Assembly (NCBI GenBank): GCA_049623485.1
Contig: JBMZTB010000001.1
Span: forward strand, 5,387 to 69,386
DNA length: 64,000 bases
Source of the DNA: Candidatus Poseidoniaceae archaeon
GTDB lineage: Archaea > Thermoplasmatota > Poseidoniia > Poseidoniales > Poseidoniaceae
Reading direction: 5' to 3'
The first letter of the stretch is position 1. Every line of letters starts with the position of its first letter. This document shows, piece after piece, positions 21,901 through 31,626 of the stretch. The notes below the pieces were generated by a model. That model made no database searches. It was not told the DNA's origin and saw only the letters and a list, made by a program, of their open reading frames with translations. The translations under genes were made by a program, and so were the position numbers.

Positions 21901-24010
21901 GCTTTGGCGTGAATGGGCAGATGATGACGACCTTAACGGATGGCCAAGTGCTGATGAATACAAATCAAGGTCATTGATTATACCAACCGATCTAACTGTT
22001 TCAACAGGATTGTATACGCTTCTGTTTGATGATTCAATGGGTTCACTGGGTCAGAAAGTTTCGGGATATCTCGTTGGTTCGGATGCTTCTGGACAACCCT
22101 TGCAGGATAGCGGTACTTCAGCCGATGGTGAACATCTGTTCATGTATCAACTTGGTCCTGATGGGCCGCCTACGCTGACATCGAATGCAATGTCTTGGAG
22201 TGGAGGTGTTCAATCTTGGATACATCCTGGCCAAGCATACACGCTTCGTGTCGATATGAGCGAGCCAAACGGAGCTTCTGACTTGACCACAGTTGAAATT
22301 CAACTTGCATCAAATATTCTAACTTCACCGCTTTCGTTCACATGGGACTTTGTAACAGATTCATGTACCTCGAACAGCATTCATCTGATAATTCATTCTT
22401 GCGATATGCTTGCTCTTAATGGATTAGAAGCAGGACCTTATGAGAAAGATACTCGCCTTGTAGTCGATTTGGAACTGGCATGGACAACACCTGATTTGGG
22501 CGATACGTTTAGAGAGCCGAGTGTCCGAATTGTGGATCGCGCAGGGCAAGAAGTGCTGCAAACATTCCCTGCACTACGTTGGCGATTTTCTCCTGCATTG
22601 ATGATTCCTCAAGAAACAGTATCTCTGGTTTTAACTCAGGGTTCATCACTTGAAGACGGAGCACGTATTCCCCCAAATTCTCCGTTTGAACTCACTGGCG
22701 GTCTTGTCTTTGAGAAAACAACCACAATGCCAGAATTTAATTGCAGTGTCGATGTAATGTTTGCGGGACAAACTTATTCGGTTCAAACATACGATGGCAT
22801 TTGGAACATTCCACTCGTAAGTCCTTCGACTTCTGGCACGATTCCACTCACTTGGTCTGTGGGTTGTTTGCCACCACAGGGGATTGATTCAACCGAGAAA
22901 GGATCGTCTGTGAAGTGGATGATTGTAGACGGAATTGGTCCTGAACCAAAAGAAGTTCAAACACCTCGTCCCGGAGCGATTTTGAGCGCAGATGAACATG
23001 AAGTTACCATTGTTCTTGAAGAGGAAGGTGGCATCGATTACGAATCCTTACGGTTGGTATGGTGGGTTGAAGATACTGTAACAGGAGATTATATTCGAGG
23101 CGGAGACGCTCCATTCTTACTTCAGGGAACTGAAATCAGTGGGCTTAATCTTGTAGGGACTGGTAAGATGGATCTTTCTGTCATCACCGATGAGATGTTG
23201 ATCGATCTGTTGACAGTAAACGTTCTGATAGAAGGTCGCGACCTTGCTGGAAACCAAGTGCTCGGTGCAAATGGGGATTCTTCAGGAAATTCTGTGACAT
23301 CATGGTTGATGGAATGGAGAAGGCCAACCTTTGAACTCGACAATCCAGCCATTCAATATTCTCGTTTGAATGTAAAAGAAGGAGAGACGACTGCCGTTCA
23401 AATTTTTGTCAAGAATACAGGCACACTTGATGGTTCGACGTCAGCTACAATTTCTGTTGTACGTGCAGATGGAACAAAAGATGTTCTTCGAAACGCTAAT
23501 GTTGAGGTTGCAGAAGGCTCTGTAGGGACAATTCTTCTTGATTGGGGGCCAGAGAAAATAGGTCTTCAATGGATTGAAGTCGTTCTTGAAAATGGAAATA
23601 ATGCAAATGGTCCATCCATCGATGTACGTCCACAACGGGAACCGAGTTTCACAGAGTCCGTCTTTGGAGAAGTGAATCCAGTTCTTGGTTCAATTGGAAT
23701 CTTACTTGCGATTGGAATTATCGGAGCATTGCTCTTGATGGCAAGAAATGCCACTGTTCGACGTGGTTCTAAATTAGAAATTGAATGGGATGAATACTCT
23801 GACTATCTTGAAGAAGAAGAGGAAGAGTTTGAAGATCCTGATTCAGATTTACTCGAACCTGAAACCGCTCCAGCAACAACTACAGCAACAACCACTGCTT
23901 CTACTGATGGTTGGACTCAAGGTGCAGATGGCGTTTGGTGGTGGCAAGATCCGAATGATTCAACTTGGTGGTACAAAGATGCCAACGGTGAAATTCTGCA
24001 ATACAAGTAA
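18926..24010 (+). CDS. Giant (1694 aa) cell-surface protein: signal peptide, large ectodomain, single C-terminal TM helix, acidic and Trp-rich cytoplasmic tail
   Basis: N-terminal hydrophobic FFVLFLFVFAPFTSLA. C-terminal LGSIGILLAIGIIGALLLM followed by EEEEEEFEDPD and WWWQDPNDSTWWYKD. No recognisable enzymatic motifs. Confidence 0.7.
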   Translation: MAESLGGRSIAFFVLFLFVFAPFTSLAPTASFDALEEGAAPSFVGENTPVSVDIRPGQSSQNPFELTLPSSTGSITNLEMTMQSSPLQNSQTLLWQGASAWDHPDANHSNTYSQSGLLTGSGSSPGYDFNNGAQGWTFSNSLSSRITTPACGYNGSSGGSIRTHGGSTHATSPVIDLSNRVNIPFNAWVHEGRSGCGETPDSGENLQFKYKNANSQWITFHTFQAAGFSGTPKSNFQFSSVLPVAALHANSQFRIQQTSGSGGGTTCCDFWFIDDVKVVIPPITSWISPSFGYNTSSSFSLAEGPYAPMYINADFPENSYLTWTLIDEVTGENISGFESMNGTRIHLDAVDWEEYGELRLRLELHGSSTNAMPIVESISGGGLMTEDFTTDPSDRGWNVENASILAGGLTSLNNSTITSPWFSNNAPMAGYLVSAVMNEYDAYVRHHASESWTPINLPYSGSLSANEHSFQLQFIHNSTTPSLLDKVQVTLQTGGKTNAPSLDINNDGINEWGGENTRIGSWGFQDKFDTGEHSTTSGFGFSGIASTSAWIPTSELSGFGLGVSSDNGNMTGISLRIGGTTIVSKVIDGVTAYHLQLNSTELDLMQTTLASQSGVLYHMGEGFALVDIEAYGNGVATFSNLAVPFNTSVSISADEQSPLVLAANAATRTVSANPTITFPFTGLSQGNIIVEVTDLGFSEEVETGTASIVNATWPMTPSQRWMSFSTIFNIDEDFSATVVRFDVQGDLNHATWLLPVGGGTPLGQGDSHLVELHPTQPISVNSISATMSEMTVQFRIEQGWDDEQHLSVSMRVVLDNDVVSRPSQSFWGGAGLQALENDLVIKSVLITDDNGPVSSSTEYLAAGTGLNFSIDVGYEGVEGIDSFADGDAEVQLWQGSTMIANTTSLDGDMWNVSDAAPFTFGDLDWTVRVIPLEGGGIVNESELIRSFKIDPTSPSVIFSSVDWYDHRVASTSQTVQFQILDPVLLPSDVHVMLWREWADDDDLNGWPSADEYKSRSLIIPTDLTVSTGLYTLLFDDSMGSLGQKVSGYLVGSDASGQPLQDSGTSADGEHLFMYQLGPDGPPTLTSNAMSWSGGVQSWIHPGQAYTLRVDMSEPNGASDLTTVEIQLASNILTSPLSFTWDFVTDSCTSNSIHLIIHSCDMLALNGLEAGPYEKDTRLVVDLELAWTTPDLGDTFREPSVRIVDRAGQEVLQTFPALRWRFSPALMIPQETVSLVLTQGSSLEDGARIPPNSPFELTGGLVFEKTTTMPEFNCSVDVMFAGQTYSVQTYDGIWNIPLVSPSTSGTIPLTWSVGCLPPQGIDSTEKGSSVKWMIVDGIGPEPKEVQTPRPGAILSADEHEVTIVLEEEGGIDYESLRLVWWVEDTVTGDYIRGGDAPFLLQGTEISGLNLVGTGKMDLSVITDEMLIDLLTVNVLIEGRDLAGNQVLGANGDSSGNSVTSWLMEWRRPTFELDNPAIQYSRLNVKEGETTAVQIFVKNTGTLDGSTSATISVVRADGTKDVLRNANVEVAEGSVGTILLDWGPEKIGLQWIEVVLENGNNANGPSIDVRPQREPSFTESVFGEVNPVLGSIGILLAIGIIGALLLMARNATVRRGSKLEIEWDEYSDYLEEEEEEFEDPDSDLLEPETAPATTTATTTASTDGWTQGADGVWWWQDPNDSTWWYKDANGEILQYK

Positions 24011-24048
24011 GGCATCAGGGCTATGAATCACGGCGGGTTGGCTTAACC

Positions 24049-25794
24049 ATGGGCAATCAAAGTAAGGGACTCATTGCCCTGCTTCAATTCAATCCTACAG
24101 TAGGTGATATTGTAGGAAATGCTCAGCGTTTACAAGAGATGGTTCGTCTAGCGCACTCCCATGGCGCTTCGGTTTGTGTTAGTACAGAACTTGCCATTTG
24201 TGGTTATCCTCCCAGAGATTTACTGATGCAATCGAGTTTCATACAAACTGCCCAAGATATGGCCAAAGAGATCAATGTGGATATTCCCGTATTGGTCGGC
24301 ACGCCAACCGTTCCAGAAAACCAACGAGAGCAACCAGGAAATGGTGTGTTGCTTATTGGCAATCAAGCACCTGCAAAAGTTGTCGCTCGCAAGCAACTTC
24401 TTCCAACTTATGACGTGTTTGATGAAGCTCGATACTTCGATGCAGACGATCGTCCAGGAATTGCAAGAACCATCAATGGGTCGTTCGAACTTGGTGTTAC
24501 AGTATGTGAAGACGCATGGCAAGTTTCAGGAGAAACTCCTTCCGAATACGATGCAGACCCAATTGAACAACTCGCTGAATGGGGTCGGCAAGGAGTCCAA
24601 CTTGATGCAACAGTCAATCTTTCTGCGTCACCATATCATGCAGAGAAAATACAAACAAGGCTTCGAGTTGCTCGAACGGCAGCAAAATGCTTGAATCATC
24701 CGTTTTTGCTTGCAAATCAAGTAGGTGGCAATGATGATCTATTGTTTGACGGCCGTTCTTTGGCAGCATGGCCAAATGGAGATGTGGTCATTGCTCCCGC
24801 ATGGAACGAAGGAATTCTTCTTGTTGATTTGAAGGATCCAACTCAATCTCAATGGATTCCAATGGAACAAGAAAAGAGCAGTGGTTTGACTCATTTATCC
24901 AGCAAGAGTGATTTTGAACAAGATGAGGAAACAAAACTCGAGGCTCTCGCCGATGCAGTTGTCTTGGGACTTCGGGATTACTGTAGGAAATCTGGAATTC
25001 ATCGAATAGTTCTCGGTCTAAGCGGAGGAATTGATTCAGCAGTTGCAGCATGTGTTGCTTGTGCTGCAGTTGGCCCAGAGAATGTATTGGGAATCTCAAT
25101 GCCTTCACGATTCTCATCGGAGCATTCGAAATCAGATGCGAAATTCACCGCAGAATCATTGGGTATGGAATTTGCTTCCATTCCAATCGACGACCTTCAT
25201 CATCTTCTCGAGAGTCAAATTGAGACGGTCTTGACCGACGGATTACCTGTAGCCCGTGAAAATATTCAAGCAAGATTGCGTGCAATTCTTGTGATGTCCC
25301 ATGCCAACGCTCAGCAGCGTATGGCGATTGCAACAGGAAATAAATCAGAACTTGCACAAGGGTATTGTACACTTTACGGGGATATGGCTGGAGGTTATAC
25401 TCCACTGGGTGATGTCTACAAGATGGAGGTATACGGCCTTGCCCATGTGTTCAATAACCGAGCAAAGAACATCGGTAAAGAGGCTCCTGTGAACGAATCG
25501 ACACTCACCAAACCACCTTCTGCTGAACTAGCTCCAGATCAACGCGATGATGACACACTGCCTCCTTACGCAGTTCTTGACTCCATTTTGAAACATCATA
25601 TTGAAGACGGATATGGGGCAGATGAAATTGCTTCCAAAGGACATGATAGAGAGACTGTTGTGTCTGTGCTTCGACGGCTTGAAGCCAATGAACACAAGCG
25701 ATGGCAAATGGCACCAGCACCTCGAGTATCTCCTCGTGCTTTTGGACAAGGTTGGCGTCATCCATTAGCAAGTCGCCATGACTGGCGTAGGTAA
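24049..25794 (+). CDS. nadE: Glutamine-dependent NAD+ synthetase (CN-hydrolase domain plus NAD synthase domain)
   Basis: N-terminal nitrilase-like domain. PP-loop ATP pyrophosphatase motif GLSGGIDSAVAA. 581 aa. Confidence 0.85.
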   Translation: MGNQSKGLIALLQFNPTVGDIVGNAQRLQEMVRLAHSHGASVCVSTELAICGYPPRDLLMQSSFIQTAQDMAKEINVDIPVLVGTPTVPENQREQPGNGVLLIGNQAPAKVVARKQLLPTYDVFDEARYFDADDRPGIARTINGSFELGVTVCEDAWQVSGETPSEYDADPIEQLAEWGRQGVQLDATVNLSASPYHAEKIQTRLRVARTAAKCLNHPFLLANQVGGNDDLLFDGRSLAAWPNGDVVIAPAWNEGILLVDLKDPTQSQWIPMEQEKSSGLTHLSSKSDFEQDEETKLEALADAVVLGLRDYCRKSGIHRIVLGLSGGIDSAVAACVACAAVGPENVLGISMPSRFSSEHSKSDAKFTAESLGMEFASIPIDDLHHLLESQIETVLTDGLPVARENIQARLRAILVMSHANAQQRMAIATGNKSELAQGYCTLYGDMAGGYTPLGDVYKMEVYGLAHVFNNRAKNIGKEAPVNESTLTKPPSAELAPDQRDDDTLPPYAVLDSILKHHIEDGYGADEIASKGHDRETVVSVLRRLEANEHKRWQMAPAPRVSPRAFGQGWRHPLASRHDWRR

Positions 25795-25831
25795 TCGATG
25801 AAAATAAGAGGGAACTATTCGAGGGCCAATC

Positions 25832-26680
25832 ATGACGGAGATGTATCTCAATATCGCAGGGTACACCTTCGTGACTCTTCCCGATCGAGATCATCTCAGA
25901 CAACCATTCAAGCAAAAGTGTGACTCTTTGGAATTGAAAGGAACAATCTTGCTTAGCCATGAAGGAATCAATATTTTTGTCGCAGGACTTGAATCAAGCA
26001 TTACCCAGTTTCGAGAATGGTTGAACGAAGACGACCGTTTCAGTACTATTCCGTTCAAGGAATCCCTCTCCGATAATCAACCATTTAACCGAATGAATGT
26101 ACGATTGAAAAAAGAGATCATCTCAGTCGGCCTTCCAAACTTTGACCGTGTTGATTCCGAAGATGGAAGAATTTTTCCGCATGAACTTCATGAACGACTT
26201 TCAAACAATGAAGACATCGTTTTGCTCGATACGAGAAATACATATGAAACTCGACTGGGTTCTTTTCAGAACTCGATCGAACTTGATATCAAGACTTTCA
26301 GAGCTTTCCCAGAAGCGGTTGCAAACATGGATGATTCTCTCAAAGACAAACAAATTGTGATGTTTTGTACAGGTGGAGTTCGTTGTGAAAAAGCCAGCGT
26401 CATTATGCGAGATGCAGGTTTTACGAATGTCAGACAACTGGAAGGTGGCATACTCGGCTACTTCCAAGAGGTTGGAGGCGAACACTGGGATGGTGAATGC
26501 TTTGTTTTCGATAAACGAGTGGCTCTAAAACCTGATTTGACAGAAACTGGAACAACGGTGTGCTTTGCATGCAGAGAACCCCTGCTTCCAGAGCAACAAT
26601 TGCATCCTGCTTATGTTCCTGGCATTTCCTGTTCATACTGTATCGATCGGGTTCAATTCCAAACGACCCAATCATCTTGA
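25832..26680 (+). CDS. trhO: Rhodanese-domain protein of the UPF0176/YceA family (tRNA uridine(34) hydroxylase TrhO-like)
   Basis: N-terminus MYLNIAGYTFVTLPD is typical of YceA/TrhO. Rhodanese active-site loop CTGGVRCEKAS. C-terminal Cys cluster. Confidence 0.65.
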   Translation: MTEMYLNIAGYTFVTLPDRDHLRQPFKQKCDSLELKGTILLSHEGINIFVAGLESSITQFREWLNEDDRFSTIPFKESLSDNQPFNRMNVRLKKEIISVGLPNFDRVDSEDGRIFPHELHERLSNNEDIVLLDTRNTYETRLGSFQNSIELDIKTFRAFPEAVANMDDSLKDKQIVMFCTGGVRCEKASVIMRDAGFTNVRQLEGGILGYFQEVGGEHWDGECFVFDKRVALKPDLTETGTTVCFACREPLLPEQQLHPAYVPGISCSYCIDRVQFQTTQSS

Positions 26681-28818
26681 ATTGATGGCAAAAGGTACTG
26701 ATGTAATTCATGCCCATGCACCCCATCATCAGCAATGAAAAATATATGTGTGGATGAAGCGATTAATCCACCATACGTTCCTGCGCTTGAATCATTTCCA
26801 ATTCCTGCATAAGGATCGAAAACCACTGAAGCGGTTTGACCATCAATTGCCCACAATGCATGGCCACTATTTGTTCCTGTTTGATCAATACCTTGAGCAA
26901 GGACGTACAATGTAGAATCAGTGTACATCAGAGCCCTTGGAAGACTGCTGCTAATCCCTTGCATCAGATCGATTGTAAGATGCGTTCCTTGTTCAGTCCC
27001 ATCCGTTTGACACAATTCCATGCCAGTGCTAGCAATCACACAATCAAACCAAATCGTATGTCCATTAGAAACCGGTTCGAGGCTATGGCCTGGTGCAAGA
27101 ATTGTCGAACTTAATTCAAGAAGATTCGATGTTGCAAAAGAGTATGAAAACAATGTGGCATCAGCTCCTCGATAAACAGCATCGAAGAGAATCGTATCAC
27201 CAATTTGATGCAATCCAAACTTCGGTGCCATTGTGGTAACAGGTGTTGTTGTTCCTTCCTTTGTCATGGATGTGAGCCATTGCACTCCTCCCGAGCCATC
27301 CAGATGTGCCAGTTGCCGTCCAGTCCCATCGCCTGCGACGACCACCAAGCCATTGTTAGAAACCAACGCCTTGGAAGGGGATGAATCACCAAATGGATGG
27401 AGATCATACATGGTCATTGTTCCATCTGAATCCAATTGCATTACTTCGAGCCCAATATTGGATTCCTTTGCTGCGAACCAGAGTCGATTCTCATCTCCGA
27501 GCAGCATATTTTGTCCTAATGATGAAAGTGTTACCGACTGATTCATCAAATCCGAACTTGCACTGCTTGTGAGCCATGGTGCTTGCCAGATTGATGTTGT
27601 AACGCTTCCATTCGTCCACCACATACGTTGTCCTTGCTGTCCATTAGTTGTGAATACTACTCCATTCATCCATTCTGTAATTTCACTCGAGTAATCAATT
27701 CCATCTCCAGTTTCAATATCTCCAACCATGAGTGTTCCAGAAGAAGTTCCATCAGTAACCCACAATTCACGTCCATGGATTCCATCATCTGCATCAAATA
27801 CAAATCGCAACCCTCTCTCAGTCTCCATGGATTGGATGCCAAGGATTTTCCCAGGAATAGAATCTCCAGAGGAATGAATATCTTTCAACAGGAGAGGTGT
27901 ATTATCAACATCCAGCATCCATAATTCGCAACCATTTATTCCATCGGAGGCAGCGAAAAGGTAGGATTGAAACCCAGTTCCTCCAATGCTTTCATGACAC
28001 TGACTTGACGCTGAATCACCAGAATTGACAAAAATATCTCCAACAATCCCTTGGTATAATTGTTCAGAACAAATTCGAAGGGATTCTCGAACTTCATCCT
28101 CATGAAGAAGACCATCTCCTGCGATTCCCCTATCAATCCCATCGTCGACACCAAATCGCATGACGACACCTTTCGAGCATAGTGCTGTTGGTGCAGGTTG
28201 TTGATCGATAAGAGCCGAATATCCTTGGCTTCCGTTATTGCCTTGTTCTCCAATAGGGCCATCATCTCCTAGCTGCCCATCACAAATATGTGCGGTCGTT
28301 TGTACTTCCTCTGAATCTAAGTATTGGTTTCTGTTGATGTCTATTCCCGATTGGACTTGTATCCCTCCAAATGAACAGGGAATTCCAGGGGATATGGCCG
28401 TGAGATTCACCAAACTCCCGTTTCCATGTTCTCCGTTACTTCCATCATAGCCCTGTTGGCCTTGAGGCCCTGAAAGGCCTTGTTGACCATGACAGACTTT
28501 TGTGCTTGATGTGATTTCATCTGCTGACAATTTTCCGTTTCCATCGAAATCAGTTCCGAGAAAAATGTCGGCCCCGCCTTCTGGACAATAGACATCTGAT
28601 TCTCTTCCTTCTGTTTCAACAAGTATTGCTTTTTCCTCAGTATCTTCATTTGATAGAGGCTCAAGTGCTTGATTGAGAACAACTGCCCAAATTGACAGAA
28701 GTAATGCGCTTAGTACAACGGTTGTTTTGAGAATGCGTTTTGCATTCTCGAGAGATAAAAAACGATTCTGTTGCTTATCTCCGCGGGCTGTTTGGTTATT
28801 GTTCTCTGATGAGGACAT
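26653..28818 (-). CDS. 721-aa N-terminally anchored surface protein with short collagen-like G-X-Y runs and ELWxxDG-type repeats
   Basis: N-terminal TM ILKTTVVLSALLLSIWAVVL. GQQGLSGPQGQQGYDGSNGEHGNG (8 G-X-Y triplets) and GDDGPIGEQGNNGSQG. Repeated ELW motifs (GCELWM, GRELWVTDGT). Confidence 0.55.
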   Translation of the reverse strand: MSSSENNNQTARGDKQQNRFLSLENAKRILKTTVVLSALLLSIWAVVLNQALEPLSNEDTEEKAILVETEGRESDVYCPEGGADIFLGTDFDGNGKLSADEITSSTKVCHGQQGLSGPQGQQGYDGSNGEHGNGSLVNLTAISPGIPCSFGGIQVQSGIDINRNQYLDSEEVQTTAHICDGQLGDDGPIGEQGNNGSQGYSALIDQQPAPTALCSKGVVMRFGVDDGIDRGIAGDGLLHEDEVRESLRICSEQLYQGIVGDIFVNSGDSASSQCHESIGGTGFQSYLFAASDGINGCELWMLDVDNTPLLLKDIHSSGDSIPGKILGIQSMETERGLRFVFDADDGIHGRELWVTDGTSSGTLMVGDIETGDGIDYSSEITEWMNGVVFTTNGQQGQRMWWTNGSVTTSIWQAPWLTSSASSDLMNQSVTLSSLGQNMLLGDENRLWFAAKESNIGLEVMQLDSDGTMTMYDLHPFGDSSPSKALVSNNGLVVVAGDGTGRQLAHLDGSGGVQWLTSMTKEGTTTPVTTMAPKFGLHQIGDTILFDAVYRGADATLFSYSFATSNLLELSSTILAPGHSLEPVSNGHTIWFDCVIASTGMELCQTDGTEQGTHLTIDLMQGISSSLPRALMYTDSTLYVLAQGIDQTGTNSGHALWAIDGQTASVVFDPYAGIGNDSSAGTYGGLIASSTHIFFIADDGVHGHELHQYLLPSIQDDWVVWN

Positions 28819-28871
28819 AATTGGTGGAGTGACGTCAACGGTATCAAAACCATCGGTGAAGCATACGAGTC

Positions 28872-30647
28872 TTGATGAAGCGTCAGTACTTCGAGGAAAC
28901 CATGCACCTGCCTGAGAGGCTATCTCGACAACTCGACGGCTTGGAAGGGGCGACTCGGCAAAAGGCAGCGCGACTTGTCGTTGACTTGGCTCGTACTGCT
29001 AAAGCGTCCTCATTTGTTGAAGTCGATCATGCCCACGTTTCTGGCGTTTCAGTCATTACTGGGGGGCACGGTTTACGTCGCTTTTTGAAGGATTTGAGTG
29101 GAGATGAGCATGGGACAGTAGTGATTCCAACAACCTTGAATTCAGCGGGATGCGACAAGCGAAAAATGAAGGAAATGGATATTGCTTGGCCAGATTTTCT
29201 AGAACAACAATTTGAGATTGTGCAAGCCTACGACCGCTTGGGTATTGAGTCAACTCTTTCTTGTACACCCTATGATCGAGGAATTGAAATTCAGGGCGAG
29301 ACTGCTTCATGGGCAGAATCGAATGCTGTTTGTTTCACAAATACTTGGACTTCCCTTATCACAAACAGAGAATCTGGATTGAGCGCCTTAGCGACTGCAT
29401 TGACAGGCTATGCTCCAGAATGGGGCTTGCACCTGCCTGAGCATAGAATTCCAAACATTCGGGTCAAGATTTCTTGTGAACTTGAAACGCTCTCGGATTA
29501 CTCAATCCTCGGAGATTGGATTGGGCGTAATGCTAAACCGGAATGGAATCTTCCTTTCGGTCCGATGCCTTACGTTGAAGGATTGCCAGATTACATTTCA
29601 TTTGCCCGCAAAAAGGCACTTACCGCCGCAGCAGCAAATTATGGAACTCCAATGATGTGGGTTGATGGGCATTCATTGCAATCATTGGAAGATTTTTCTG
29701 ATATTGAGTGGGAAGGTGAATTAGAGTTTACTCTTGCCGATCTTACACAACGCTATGATGAGCTTAAGCCAGATGGGCAAGTCGATTTGGTGGTTATCGG
29801 TTGCCCTCAGGCGAGTCTGGAAGAGATGAGAACCACTGCTTCTGCTTTACGTTCTCACATGGAATTTGGAGAACGTATTGAAAATCAACGCTTGTGGGTT
29901 TTTACCAGCAAGGAGAATCATGCACTTGCAGAAGCAGATGGCACCTTGTCAATGCTTGAAGAAGCAGGTGCTCTTGTTTTGGTCGATACTTGCCCGGAAG
30001 TAACACCGTATAATCGCGAGAAATACAATCATCTTTTGACGAACTCGATGAAGGCTGAGCATTATCTTACGAGTGGACTCAATAGGATTCCAACCAGTGT
30101 AGCACCCATTGTTGAATGTGTCCGTCATGCGGTCCATCCTTCTCTGAGTCAGGGTCCAAGACCTCAGTTATCACACTCTGCCCACGGAGGTCAAACATCC
30201 GTCAAAACCCAGCAAGAGGGAGATTGCATCGTTGTAGGAAAAGGACTTGATTCACAAGATGATTTTTGCATCGAGGGCATAGCGATGGTAACAGATGTTC
30301 CAATTACCTATCTTGGGTATGTTAATCGAGATACAGGAGTCATAGAAGAAGCAGGACATCCGCTTGATGGAAGAGCGATTGAAAATAAGATTCTTATCTA
30401 TCCTAAAGGGTCTGGGTCGACTGTAGCACCATATGTTTTGATGGGACTTTTGTACGAAGGAAAAGGCCCCAAAGCGATTGTAAATCGAGATGTTTGTCCG
30501 CTTACATTACCCGCTTGCTCACTTCTTAAAGTTCCATATGGGCATGGGTTTGAGGATGATCCTTGCATGCTCATTAACGATGGTGATTCCATTCGATTTG
30601 AACGCAAGGGCGATGTTGTGAGTATAACAGTGTTACAACGGGCGTGA
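28872..30647 (+). CDS. Aconitase X-family protein with fused large (DUF521) and small (swivel, DUF126) domains; candidate phosphomevalonate dehydratase. True start may be M11 at 28902.
   Basis: Sequence motifs, from memory of the family rather than a search: 591 aa; the N-terminal region has the DHAHVSG-type motif; the C-terminal 130 aa (LIYPKGSGSTVAPYVLMGL...) resembles the AcnX small-subunit swivel domain. Confidence 0.55.
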   Translation: MMKRQYFEETMHLPERLSRQLDGLEGATRQKAARLVVDLARTAKASSFVEVDHAHVSGVSVITGGHGLRRFLKDLSGDEHGTVVIPTTLNSAGCDKRKMKEMDIAWPDFLEQQFEIVQAYDRLGIESTLSCTPYDRGIEIQGETASWAESNAVCFTNTWTSLITNRESGLSALATALTGYAPEWGLHLPEHRIPNIRVKISCELETLSDYSILGDWIGRNAKPEWNLPFGPMPYVEGLPDYISFARKKALTAAAANYGTPMMWVDGHSLQSLEDFSDIEWEGELEFTLADLTQRYDELKPDGQVDLVVIGCPQASLEEMRTTASALRSHMEFGERIENQRLWVFTSKENHALAEADGTLSMLEEAGALVLVDTCPEVTPYNREKYNHLLTNSMKAEHYLTSGLNRIPTSVAPIVECVRHAVHPSLSQGPRPQLSHSAHGGQTSVKTQQEGDCIVVGKGLDSQDDFCIEGIAMVTDVPITYLGYVNRDTGVIEEAGHPLDGRAIENKILIYPKGSGSTVAPYVLMGLLYEGKGPKAIVNRDVCPLTLPACSLLKVPYGHGFEDDPCMLINDGDSIRFERKGDVVSITVLQRA

Positions 30648-30651
30648 TTCA

Positions 30652-31626
30652 ATGCGAGTACTCGTAACAGGTGGCGCCGGCTTCCTTGGCTCGAGTTTGG
30701 TTGAGCACCTGCTTGAACTTGGAGATGAAGTGGTTGTTCTCGATAATTATTGGAGAGGTGATCCTGAGAACCTTGATCACGTCAAGGATGAAATTACTCT
30801 CCTCGAAGGTGATGCAACTCAAGCGACCGCCTATCAGGGAATCAAAGATGCAAATTCAATCGACATTGTGTATCACCTAGCAGCCATTAACGGTACGAAA
30901 TGGTTCCATGAAGAGGCAAGGATGGTTATGGATGTGAATCTTAATTCAACGCTTAGGGCCCTTGAATTTGCTGAAAAATACCAATGTCGGTTCGTCTTTA
31001 CATCCTCTCCAGAAGCATATGGGGATTCAGAAATAATGCCGCTAGGAGGGCTTGAATCCTCAATGTTCACACATGCATCCCAGCATCAACGTCACGCTTA
31101 TGGTGGCAGCAAATACCTTGGGGAACTTGCAGTTCACCATGCAGTTCGACAAGGCCTTGATGCACGAATTGTCCGTCCTTTCAATGGATATGGCCCGCGA
31201 TTGAGTCAAGATGAATATGGGCAGGTTGTGACCATGATGATGCGTTCTGCACTTGATTCAAGTGTCGTACAGGTTCATAGCGACGGAATGCAGACACGTT
31301 CCCTTACCTGGGTTGAAGATATCATTCAAGGCATTGTCTTGTCAGGGCGTCTCGATTCCTGTTTGAAAACGGGAAAACCCCTCAATGGTCGTTCATTTAA
31401 TCTCGGGTCAACAGAAGAGATTTCAATGCTTGAGTTGGGGAAAAAGATATGTCAACTCGTTCACGAGAAAACAAACAAATTGGTTAAGATCGAATTGAGT
31501 GGAGGCTATCCCGGTGATTCACAGCGTAGATTGCCTCACCTCGTGGATGCGAAAGAATCGCTTGGTTGGGCTGCAACAACACCGCTTGAAGTCGGATTGC
31601 GTCACACATTGGAATCAATGTTGTAA
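30652..31626 (+). CDS. NAD-dependent nucleotide-sugar epimerase/dehydratase (extended SDR)
   Basis: Rossmann motif VLVTGGAGFLGS. YGGSK catalytic motif (YxxxK). 324 aa. Confidence 0.8.
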   Translation: MRVLVTGGAGFLGSSLVEHLLELGDEVVVLDNYWRGDPENLDHVKDEITLLEGDATQATAYQGIKDANSIDIVYHLAAINGTKWFHEEARMVMDVNLNSTLRALEFAEKYQCRFVFTSSPEAYGDSEIMPLGGLESSMFTHASQHQRHAYGGSKYLGELAVHHAVRQGLDARIVRPFNGYGPRLSQDEYGQVVTMMMRSALDSSVVQVHSDGMQTRSLTWVEDIIQGIVLSGRLDSCLKTGKPLNGRSFNLGSTEEISMLELGKKICQLVHEKTNKLVKIELSGGYPGDSQRRLPHLVDAKESLGWAATTPLEVGLRHTLESML

